From positions 2,763,822 to 2,827,821 of the forward strand of contig MU053472.1 of NCBI GenBank assembly GCA_013239625.1: 64,000 bases of DNA, written 5' to 3'. The notes below the pieces were generated by a model. That model had not been told where the DNA came from. It saw only the letters and a program-made list of their open reading frames with translations, and did no database searches. Shown piece after piece: positions 52,935-64,000 of this stretch. The stretch comes from Lama guanicoe (Eukaryota). Every line of letters begins with the position of its first letter. Within the stretch, counting starts at the first letter, position 1. The translations under genes were made by a program, and so were the position numbers.

Positions 52935-53572
52935 AGGATTCCAGTTTCTCTACATCTTCACTAACACTTCTTACTTTCCTTTAAAAAACAAAAACAAAAA
53001 CAAAAACCAGCCATCCTAAAGTGTGTGAAGAGGTATTTCCATACGGTTTGGGTTTTCATTTCCCCAGTGACCCACAATGTGGAGAATCTTTCTGTGCAAT
53101 TATTGGCCATTTGTCTATCTTCTTTGGAGAAACGTCTCTTCAAGTTCTTTGCCCACTTTTTAATTTGGTTGTTTGTCTTTTTGTTGTTGAGTTGTAGTTC
53201 TTTAAACATCCTGGATATTAAACGCTTATCTGATATACGATTTATAAATATTTTCTCCCTTTTTGTGGTTGTCTTTTCATTCTCCTGAATAGTGGTCTTT
53301 TGATGTACAAGAGATTCTAATTTTAGCAAAGTTCAGTTTATCTATTATTTTTTTTGCCTCTGCTTTTGGTGTCATTTTAAAAACCACTGTCAAATCATCA
53401 TGCAGATTTGTCTCTATATTCTCTTCCAAGAGTTTTAGTTTTAGCTCTTAAGTTTAGGTCTTTGATGTATTTTGAGTTCATTTTTACGTATGGTGTAAGG
53501 TAAGGGTCCAACCTCTCTCTTACGCATGTGGATATTCAGTTTCCTTAATATTCTTTGTTGAAGGGACTGTCA
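52935..53572 (-). mobile_element. L1 ORF2 C-terminal fragment
   Basis: The minus-strand ORF 52961-53329 has L1 ORF2-like KIFINRISDKRLISRMFKELQLNNKKTNNQIKKWAKNLKRRFSKED. Confidence 0.9.
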
Positions 53573-55134
53573 TTGTAAATGGTGAAAACAGTAAGAACCA
53601 ATTTAAACACGGTTTTGTGCAACATTTTTTAACATAAAAAAAGGCAGTTTCAAAGAAGGGAATAGGAAGAGCAATTCAGCTAACTAATCAGTATTTACTG
53701 ACATTCTTGCACTACGCGCAGAGCTTAATGCTGCCTGCTGTGAGGATAATAAATATAAGGTACAGTCTGAATTTCTTTTTGGAGATTAAATCTGTTTGGG
53801 GAAGTAAGCGACCACACCAGCCAATTTAACTAATTTGAGGCATGCATGGAGCTAGGCCAAATGAGCACCTCAGACAGTATGCACTATGGGAATTTGGAGA
53901 GGTAGGTAACGCTGCCAGCTGGGATGAAAAATTTTCTTTCTTGGCATTAGTGTCAATCCAGCCACGTAAATCATCTTTGAAAGAACAAATGAAAAACAGA
54001 AAACCGAAGTCTATTATATACATACTCCCTTTCTAGCATGTTCTAAGTATCTAGTTATTTCATTAATAGCTTTTCATCGATTAATGTGGTGAAATTTATA
54101 AAACATATGCAACTAGTACAATGAATTTGTTTCCAGTATTTATAAAAGACTAACAGGAACATGACAGTTTTTCCTGTCTTTCACATTCAACAAATTCAAT
54201 GTATGGCATTTTCCCTTTTAATTCTTTTAAAACATGACAAAGTTGCTAACATTTAAATGTGTTTGAAAACTCTGCCTCTTCTGTGGGCATGGTATTCATG
54301 CCCGTTTTAATTAAGAGTTTTAAGTGGTCTGTTCCACGTTTTTTTATTTTATAAGAAAACTGTTAGGGAAAAAATGTTACAGAGAACATATGACTTAATG
54401 ACTCCAAATGATATTAAAATAATATTTCAAACAGTAATAGGAACTGTTAGCAAATGAACTATTCCCCAGTGACAGACACCTGAATGAATTTAGGCACATA
54501 AAAAAATGCTTTGTGTGGATATGTGGATTAAAATACTTCTACCATTGAACAAGCAGTCTAAAACTTACCAAAATATATTTAGCAAACTATAAAAATAATT
54601 GGTAGACTGAAAGTGAGATCACCGTATACAACGATATAGTCTGATACCTCCACTACAGTAAAGTGTGGTTTATTAAGAAATAAATACTGACCTTACTTCA
54701 GTATAAGAACAACTCAGAAAATGAAATGAGTCTTCTAAGAATAAACAGAGTATTTATATCTAGGAGAGAGACATATAATATTTACCAATCTGGACTGATA
54801 CATAACCATTTGTTACATGTTTGTCAAGTTTTACAAACATTACTAAAACTTTACAAAATGGTATGGTTGCATTATCTGTATTTCTTTTCTCTGCTGCTGT
54901 CTACATGGCATCAGTGCTTCGTGGCACTAAGCGTTTCCTGCCTTCCTGCTGAATGTCACTCATGAACAGGAGAAGCTCTCAAAGGTTTCTTTTACTTGGA
55001 AGTTAGGTAGCTGGTCAGTTTATGAATTAATTATCTACTGACTTGGTATATGCTTGGTTCAGTTTCAATGAGGTACAACAAAGAGTCAAGAGAGTGAGGT
55101 TAATTTTAAACAAATATGAAAATGGACATCTTAC

Positions 55135-55302
55135 CCACATGCAGGCCTCAATCCTAACTTTTGAGATGATGCTCCATAAAGAAATGGTTCCTTCAATGCC
55201 CTCTTCATCTGGACAAATAATCTGATCAGGATAGGGTGGTTCAGGGAAATTAACTGAATTGCATTCATAAGCAGCTAATGTAACTGAAGCTATATGTGGA
55301 CC
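55135..55302 (-). CDS. VMP1: VMP1 coding exon (exon 6 equivalent, 168 nt)
   Basis: Reverse complement translates as [56 protein letters not shown]. Acceptor ttttttttaatag, donor GTAAG. Confidence 0.98.
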
Positions 55303-56053
55303 CTATTAAAAAAAATGAGAAACCTCTGGTGAGAAATATTAATGAAAAAGGAATTATCAATAGACATTTTTTTAATCGTACCTCAATCATTATATATTAA
55401 GAGAAAAATGTTAGCTTTTAAACGACAAGTTGCAATTGATAATTTGAAAAAATTATCCTTCCCAGAACCTCTTCCCAGTTTGCTTTTTTAAAAATCAATT
55501 TCAAATTCATTGAGGTATAATTATACACAGTAAGAGTCATTTTTTTAGGTCTATACTTCAGTAAGTTTTGAAATTATATTCAGTCATATAACCATAATTA
55601 ATCAAGATACAGATACAGAACATTTCCATCACTGCAAAAAGTTCCCTTGTGTCCTTTTTCAGTCTCCTTCATCAGCACTACTGGCCCCTGGAAACCATAT
55701 GATTTCTAGCTTGATTCTTATTTTATTTATCCATCTTTCTTATTTGTAAGAATGTTATTCCCTATGATAAAACCTCCTGTGCCCCTATTCCTTTAGGCAT
55801 AATTTGAGAATATCACTTTTTGTCCTTACTTGAAAAACGGTTAATGAAGTAAGTACCTCACTTATCTTTCCCACTGAGAACCCAAAATGAAAATAAAAAT
55901 TTGGAACTAGTATCAGAGTTTGTCTTTTAAACTAACTTTTTCTAAGGAAGCTTTTGTGTTGCTTTGTACCTTTATTCTGAAAGATTACAAACTGATAATA
56001 ATCATATGGATTAAAATGGATTCATATTTAATGTGTGATAAAGATGTAAACAC

Positions 56054-56180
56054 AATGGTTCCCAAACGCACATGTATGCTAAGGTGAGGACTTTGTTAAA
56101 AATATAAATTCGGGGTCCCCTAAGCATAAAATGATTCAACAGGTGGACATGGGAACCTGTAAGGTTTTTTTTAACTTTTC

Positions 56181-56221
<41 letters not shown>

Positions 56222-56985
56222 TTTTTTTTTTAATTGAAGTATAGTCAGTTTACAATGTTGTGTCAATTTCTGGTGTACAGCACAATGCTTTAACATACAT
56301 ATATTTGATTTCATATTCTTTTTCATCATAAGTTACTATAAGATACTGAATATAGTTCCTTGTGCTATACAGTATGACCTTGTTGTTTATCTAATTTATA
56401 TATATTAGTATCTGCAAATCTCAAACTCTCAATTTATCCCTTCCCATACCCCTCCCCTGTGGAAACCCTAAGTTTATTTCCTATGTATGTGAGTCTGTTT
56501 CTGTTTTATAAATAAGTTCATTTATCTTTATCTTTTTTCTTTTTTTTTTAGATTCCACATATAAGTGATATCATATAGTATTTTTCTTTCTCGTTCTGGC
56601 TTACTTCACTTTGAATGACAATCTCTGGGTCCATCCATGTTGCTGCAAATGGCATTATTTTATTCTTTCTTATGATAGAGTAGCATCCCATTGTATAAAT
56701 ATACCACAACTTCTTTATTCAGTCATCTGTCGATGGACATTTAGGTTGTTTCCATGTCTTGGCTATTGTAAATAGTGTTGCTATGAACACTGGGGTGCAT
56801 GCATCTTTTTGAACTAAGGTTCCCTCTGGATATATGCCCAGGAGTATGACTGCTAGATCATAGAGTAAATCTATTTTTAGTCTTTTGAGGAATCTCCATG
56901 TTGTTTTCCATAATGGCTGCACCAAACTACATTCCCACTAAAAGTGTAGGAGGGGAACCTGTATGTTTTAAACAAGCTCGTTTTG
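56054..56985. mobile_element. MER5-like hAT element split by an L1 insertion
   Basis: caatggttcccaaac...tttgttaaaaatataaattcggggtcccc... resumes after the L1 as gtatgttttaaacaagctc. Confidence 0.55.
56170..56952 (-). mobile_element. 5'-truncated L1 (ORF2 end + 3'UTR) with (TG)n in its tail
   Basis: ORF 56719-56925 VQPLWKTTWRFLKRLKIDLLYD...TIAKTWKQPKCPS. TSD gggaacctgta at ~56151 and ~56953. (TG)n at 56183-56219. Confidence 0.93.
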
Positions 56986-57324
56986 AGTTTCAAATAGGTT
57001 AGGTTCTTAATAAGCTATTAATGGTCAGAAAATAAGCAACCTCAGACAAGTCACTTGACATTTCTGGACCTCAGTTTACTCTCCTGCAAGGCAAAAGAAT
57101 TAGATTCATCTTATGGTTTTATCTAGCTTCAAAGTTTAAAAAAAAAAAAACCAAAAACCTAAATATAATCAAGTATGTCAATAAAATCTACTGCTAATTT
57201 CCAAAGTTCTCATGAAATACAAGCTCCAGAAGTTGGACATTCTTAACGTGTTTTTCTAACAGACGTTATGTAAGTATTCACTTTAAAGAATGCTGTAAAC
57301 AAAGTTTATAGCAGCTGCCATAAG

Positions 57325-57545
57325 CATAACTTCTAGACCCAGATGTTCTGATTCAGGTTCTGACCTTTGCGACTTATCTTCTAAATCTTCCTTTCCTCAT
57401 CTATAAAATGGGAATAATAAAATACCTTCAGGATCTATATTCTGGGGATACTGTGAAGTTTAAATTAGTTAATTTATATAAATTGCTGAGCTTAGAACGG
57501 TGCTGGGCATATATTAAGACCCCCGAAAGTATTAGCCATTAGCTG
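57325..57545 (+). mobile_element. MIR SINE
   Basis: tttcctcatctataaaatgggaataataaaatacct...cttagaacggtgctgggcatata. Confidence 0.8.
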
Positions 57546-59880
57546 TTATGAAGAAAAATACTGTATTTGTAGAGTAAAATTATACACACACATCCATGCA
57601 TCTTATATACAGATACACATACGCTAAGGGGTCATTGGATATAAGAAAGGCGTTTTAAACTACATGGTGAAAAAACTTGTGGTTTGAAGACAAAGTGCAT
57701 AAGACATACTGATGAAAATAAAACAGTAAAGAACTCATACTGTTATTGAGATAAAAGGTGATTATAAACTTTTTTGTTGCATGCTAATATGAAAAAGAAA
57801 GATACTCATAAATCTAAGCTACATTTCTCCCTAAATGCAGTTGGTATTTTGTGTTCAAATAAAAATCTAAAAAATGAAGTCCTATACTGAGCACTGAATC
57901 AATTAACTGTAAGTTTTTTTCTAGACCAAAACAAAAAAACAAACAAAAAAAACCTATGTGAATTTTTAGTCTCTTCCTCTTTTTCTTGAATTTTAAGTCA
58001 GAGAAAACAATAAACAGTAGTAAGTTTTAAAAATAATTATAGAATGTTTAAAACAGGAATATTTTTGAGTATTCAGGGCTTTTTTTTAAAGTTGTGATTA
58101 ACCATGAAATCTACAACTGTTTCTTTAAATATTATGTGCATAAAAGATATTTCACAGTTAAAGAAAACAAGAATTATTTTGTGATCCTATACACACACAA
58201 ACCCAAGAGTGCAGAATTCGGAATAACTGAATAATTGGTGAAAAATTTCTCACTGTATACTTACAGCTAAGCATCAAATGCAGTTAAAAAGAAAAGGCAA
58301 CTGTAACTTCCACCTTTATTGTTTGAAAACACAAAAGAGAAATGTGGTATTATTAAGTAAAAGAGAAGAAATTCAATAGTTTGTCCGTGATTTCCCCACA
58401 AAACTGTCCTCTAGAAATGAACTCCAGGTGAACAAAAACTGAACTGTCCCAGATGATAAAATAATGAGATTTCTCAGATATATGGGAATGAAAAAATATT
58501 TTATTCCCGAAATATAAGTGAAATATAAACCCCAACAAATTAAGCAGGTTAATCAACAAGATAAAAGACATGCTCATAGTTTTAATTTTAAATGATTCTA
58601 AAAAGGGAAATTTTCAGCCATCTGATGAGAATTTTTTCCCTAAAGAAGGGATGGTTTACACAATTAAACTGACGTATACTTTCCATAACCACACTAATAA
58701 GTCATGATTACTCAGCCTTAGAGGCAGATGTGGTGGTTCCCAGACAAAGTGAACATGAATAAGTCAGCCTCTTGCCCTTTGTTCATTCTCCAGAGCCCGT
58801 CTAACTTGCACCTTGACATTTTAAACTATGATAACTGATAGGAAACCTCACATGTTCTTTTCAACATAGTAGTTTAATGGTTCCTACATAGAATGGACTT
58901 CACTGAAGTAAGTATTAGTTTACATGAAAAATTCAACACAAAAACTAAAAAAATTTATCATTTTAATTAAGAGAATTTTAAAAGTTACACATCTTCAAAC
59001 TATCTTTAAAGTCTTTTTTTTTAAAATCTAGAACTCCTACTAAAAGGAATCAAATTTAGAAGAATCACATTTAAACTACACTAAGTGAAGAAACAAGGGA
59101 TAAAGATAAAAAGCTCTAGTGTTAAGTAGAAAAGGCTACCTGGACAGATCTGCCATAAAAAGTAAATATAACACAATGTACTGAGCAGGAGGTTCCAGCT
59201 CTCATGGGATTACACAGGTACTGATACGCATGGGTTAGAGACCTGGCCTGCGGCTAAGGGTTTTCTGCCCCCTATCATGAAGTAACTGCTACAGACTTTC
59301 ACTCCTACAGTGAACAACAGGAAAAGTGAACAAAGTATATGGGACATTTCTTTTCAGACATCGTGCCATAGGCAGTATAGTACTTCTGACTGCTGAGAGA
59401 AGGGATGTGAATGAGGAAGCCCTGGGATGACCCTGGCTTTCCACTTGTAGACATATTCTGTGTCTCCAGCAAAATCCATGATTCAAAGAGGAAGACCCCA
59501 AGCAGAGCAGGGTGGTCTTGCTGCACTGAAAAGAAAACCTGAGTTCGGGGAGCTGAGTGGTTGAAATCTGTGGGGTAGAACATGAGCGAAGAGCGAGCTA
59601 CACAGAGAAAGGACTCCACAAATATGCATGGGGGTCGCCTTCAGACTAAGCTGGGTTGCATGCTATGATGAGACTCCATGAGGCCAGGCAAAGTATAATT
59701 AGTGAGAAAAGACCAACTAACGGGATTGTAAACTGTATAATTCCTAGACTTCATCCAGGGCTGAGAAACATCTCAACTTCAACTAGCTGGAGCAGAAAGA
59801 CTCAGCATTCGGGGAAGATCTTGGAAAGAGCCTAGAGAAAAATCCACTCTAAATAGGCCAAAACACGGTGGTTTCTGGTT

Positions 59881-59914
59881 TGTGTGTGTGTGTGTGTGTG
59901 TTTTTTTTTTTTTT
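59881..59914. repeat. (TG)n(T)n microsatellite
   Basis: Direct reading. Confidence 0.95.
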
Positions 59915-60199
59915 AAAGCTTTAAATAGATCAAGCTGATCCACAGGTAACTTAACTCTCTCCCAAAACAAAAAACTGACAGTCTATAAAAGAAGATTAAA
60001 AAAAATCCATACAATCAACAACTTAGTACCACATTCCAGCAGCCAGTAAGAAATAACTAGATATGTGAAGCAGGAAAATATGACCTATAACAAGAAGAAA
60101 CACTAGTCAACAGAAACAGAGCCAGAAATGGCAGAGATAATGGAATTAGCAGACAGGGACTTAAAAACAGTGAATATAAATATGTTCAAGAATTTAAAG

Positions 60200-60406
60200 G
60201 AGCAGCTGGCAAACTTCAACCCATGGGCCAAAATCAGCCCAGCACCAGTTTCAAAGAATACAGGCATGTGTATTCATTTATGCATTGTCTCTGGCTAATT
60301 CTGTGCTACAATGGCAAAACGGAGTACCTTTGACAGAGACTTATGGTTAATGAAGTCTAAAACATTTACTATATGACCCTTTACAGAAAAAGTTTGCTGA
60401 TCCTTG
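60200..60406. mobile_element. MER58A-like hAT-Charlie MITE
   Basis: Termini gagcagctggcaaact ... ccctttacagaaaaagtttgctgatccttg. 8-bp TSD atttaaag at 60192-60199 and 60407-60414. Confidence 0.85.
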
Positions 60407-60950
60407 ATTTAAAGGAAAACATAAACATAATGAGAGAAGAAATACAAAGTAGAAAAAAATGAAACTTCTACAGATGAAAATATAGTATCTGAATACAAAA
60501 ATTCATTGGTTAATCAACAGATTAGACACCACAGAAGACATTATTAGAGAATTTGAAGACAAGGCAACAGAAAGTATTTAAACTAAAGGAAATAAGGAGT
60601 AAACACTATGGAAGAAAAGAACCTCAGGAACCCGTGGAATATTACCAAACAATCTAATATATATGTAACTGAAATCCCAAAAAGAGAGGGAAAGTATGTG
60701 TGTGCACACACAAGTGTGTGTGTTGCGGGAAGGATGGCCAAATATTTTCAAAAATTGGTGAAAAATATCAATCCATCAACTTACATTTTTAAGAAATTCA
60801 ACAAACCTCAGTCAGGATCAACACAAAGAAATAAAACACATAATTAAATTGTTGAAAATCATCAAAAATCACACCATAATCAAATTGCTATAGTTGAGCA
60901 ATAACAAGAAAATCTTAAAAGCAATCACAGGAGGTAAAAATAACACTTTA

Positions 60951-61240
60951 CAGTTATACCTCATTTTATTGTGCTTTGAAGATACAGAGATTTTTACAAA
61001 TTAAAGGTCTGTGGCAACCGCATGTCAAACAAGTCTATCAGTATCACTTTCCCAAAAACATTATTTTTAAAATTAAGGTAAATAAAAATTTTTTAGACAC
61101 TTAATAGAGTACAGTACAGTGTAAACATAGCTTTTATACACACTGGGAAACCAGAAAATTTGTTTGACTTGCTTTATCACCATGTTCCCTTTATTGTGGT
61201 GGTCTGGAACCCAACCTGCAATATCTCCAAGGTCTGACTG
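60951..61240 (+). mobile_element. Tigger1-derived MITE (TcMar-Tigger)
   Basis: TA|cagttatacctcattttattg...ggtctgtggcaacc and ggtggtctggaacccaacctgcaatatctccaaggtctgactg match both Tigger1 ends; the interior is deleted. Confidence 0.85.
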
Positions 61241-64000
61241 AGTCACCTACCGAGAAATACAGATAGGACTTCTCATGAGAAATAAACTGAGAAACAACAG
61301 GATTACTTCTTTAAAGTGCTGAAAGGAAAGAAAATGTCAATCTAGAATTCATGAAAAATATATTCCAAAAATAAAGATGAAATAACTTTTTCAGACAAAC
61401 AAAAGCCGAAAGAATCTGTTTCAGGAGATCTGCACTACAATAAATGTTAAAGGAAATTCTCAGATAGAAGTGATACAAGATGGAAACTTTAATGTACACA
61501 ATGGAGTGCAGAGTGCTGGAAACAGAAAATAACTAGTTGTTTTAAGTAAAAACCATGACACATATAGAAGTAAAACATATGACAACAGCAGCATAAAGTA
61601 TGGGATGGAGAAAATGGGGTACAATGGTATAATGTGGCTACATTATTTACAGTAAAAAAAACGCTCAATACAAAAGAAGTTAGAAAAAGAAAATAATAAA
61701 AAAATAGTTGGGCAGAAAAGGCAGAGTGTCAGACTGGATTAAAAAAGCAAGACCTCAGTACATGCTGTCTATAAAAAGTCCATCAGGTCTACATCAAGAC
61801 CCAAAAGTAAAAGTAAAAGGATGAAAAAACATAAACAATGTAAAAGTAATCATACAAAGATTGAGTATTCTATATTAATACCAGATTAAGTAGACTTCAG
61901 GAGAAGGAATATTATTAGAAATGAATAAGGACATTTTATAATAACAGGGCTAATTTTTCAGAAGACAGAACAATCCTAAATATGCAGGCACCTAATAACA
62001 GAATGTCAAAATACATAAAGCAAAAACTAACAGAACTAAAAAGAGAAATAAATAAATCAACAATTATAGTTGAAATTTCAACAACCTATTTTTTTAAAGT
62101 TGATATAATAAATAAACTGAAAACCAGTATGGATATAGAACACTTGAACAATATGGAACACTATACCTGACAATAGCCAAATTCATATTATTTTCAAATA
62201 TACATGAAACAGTCTCCAAGATAGACCATATGCTGTGGTATAAAATGAGCCTCAGGACATTTAAAAGACTGTGCCATGTGGCAAGGTTAAGATCAACACA
62301 AGGAGTACTGCTTAAGGAAAAGTAGCAAATGAAGGTCCTCAAAGGTTAATTTTTCTATTTAAGGATAGTGTCCTTTAATCTATGTGGTGGTAATTGAAGG
62401 AAGTTAAACAACTATATATATACAGCTCACATTGTTATTCCCCAGGAAGCTCTATAAATTTCCTAGTTAGCCACTAAGTCACAAGTAACAGTCACTAACT
62501 GTACAGATAGCCCCTGAGACTTCCTAATTATTGCCAATGGACGTTCCTTTTAAGGATAGATAGGTCAAACTTAATGATTGTGATGAAAAGTTACACTCTT
62601 ATCAAAGTGACAGGATTTTAGGGCCCTTAACTGGTGGGGAGGTATTTCAGTATAGTCATTGTAAGTGAAGTCAATTCAACAAGATAGTTCAGCTGCTTGT
62701 GACATATCGAACATCTGGTTTTGGTTCAGTTCAAGGCCTCATATATCTTAGTCTCATGAGCTGTATTACATTATATTTTCCAAAATTTTGATAATGGAAT
62801 AATTTTGCTTTGTCCAGGATAAAAGATGTAGTGCTTGCCCAGGCAAGAGGATGTCTAGATGAGAGAAAAACCATAGACAGATCAGGGGTAGGATTTCTAA
62901 CAAGAGCAGATATAGGTACTTGTGGAAAAAGTGTTTTAACTTAAAATATTCTTTTAAGATAAAATTTTAAAGTTATACTTCTATAATGTACACTCTTTCA
63001 TGAATAGTGTAAAAAGATGAAGCTTTAGTGACTGCAAAAAAATTCTATGGGATCAACTTTTATTCTAGCTTCAGGAATAGTAAATATACTACTAGCTCTG
63101 TCTAATTAAGAAAATCTTGAATTAAAAAAATTATCCTAGAGATAAAATGAACATTCCTGAAATTATACCAAACAAAAACATCCTAGTCTGGTAGTGAAAG
63201 TTAGTTCTAAGTAGTGCCCTGATAATAATGTAATACCTATATAAGCTCTGAGAAAGTAGTCCTGGTGCCACAAACACTAATCAGGGTCTTTGTAAAGAAA
63301 GGGATAGTCACATCTTAATCCCTGAAAATAACTGCCTTAGTAAATAACAAATTTGTATATGTATTGCTGTTTCATTGGGAAACAAATGTTTTCCGGATTT
63401 TTAATTTTACTGTTTGATTCATTGGGGGGCCCTTACTTCCAGAAACATTTTTTAAAAAGTAGAAACCTATAATGGTCATATTAGTAAACCAGCCTAATTT
63501 AGCCAAGACTTCTTATCAACCAAGATGAACATGATATCACATTAAGAATGTAGTATATGTATATATGAGTTGTTTAAGGAAGATGAGCAGACAGACAGAC
63601 ATTCTTCCACTTTAGGCGGCTCCCTCAGAACTGATAAAACATTTCTAAAGACGAGTTGTTTGCACAACATCTGTAATGTCAATTCATAGCCTAATCCATC
63701 ATCCATACACAGAAGTCAAGTGAGATCCCAAAGGCAAAATTTCCAATTAGTTTTGTCTGGAAAGTTTAGAGCAAAGGTAATAAAATCAAGAATCCTGCGC
63801 TGATTCACTGGGAAAACATTTGTTTGCCACACTCCTTCACTAAGGAACAAAAGGAGTCAGTGGTTAGTCTGGAATGTGATTCATTAGGAATATCTGGGTG
63901 ATAAATAAATGAAAGGAGATGACAAATGAATGTCTGCATGCTTGCAAAATCTTTGTTTTCTTTAAGTCCGACTTTTAGGGGACTTTAGAAATGCTCTTGC

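Larger units (their letters stand above)
59275..62270 (+). mobile_element. Old L1 (L1MC/MD-like) 5'UTR, ORF1 and start of ORF2 (EN), with nested DNA transposons
   Basis: ORF1-like agattagacaccacagaaga, aaaatcttaaaagca, ttttcagacaaacaaaagc. EN-like peptide APNNRMSKYIKQKLTELKREINKSTIIV. Confidence 0.88.

Noticed and set aside
62270..62800. Possible unrecognised element or exon after the L1 breakpoint
   Set aside because: No sustained ORF, splice pair or recognisable termini. It cannot be classified without a Dfam or BLAST search.

Overview
Mammalian genomic DNA, AT-rich, CpG-depleted and repeat-rich. It is probably from a camelid, because it carries several tRNA-Ala-derived SINEs resembling Vic-1 plus artiodactyl-type L1 and Tigger elements. 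The whole window lies inside VMP1 (TMEM49, vacuole membrane protein 1, a VTT/DedA-family ER scramblase) on the minus strand. Five internal coding exons with canonical AG/GT boundaries are present (55135-55302, 48186-48317, 21170-21250, 17456-17572, 13473-13534; human exons 6-10 by recalled numbering). None of them appears in the ORF track. The gene's 5' exons, last two exons and MIR21 lie outside the window. The introns contain a full-length RPS3A processed pseudogene with target-site duplications (TSDs), a ~4.2 kb internally deleted L1, older L1/HAL1, L2, MIR, CR1/L3, MLT1, hAT and Tigger relics, and microsatellites. I found no convincingly new biological system. The best leads are a candidate 24-nt in-frame VMP1 microexon with an atypical GTTAAGT donor, a tail-less internal L1 fragment flanked by direct repeats, an L1 whose 5'UTR is fused directly to ORF2, orphan poly(A) insertion scars, and transcription-factor motif clusters in the VMP1/MIR21 regulatory introns. 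Repeat subfamily names are from pattern recall, not a database search.
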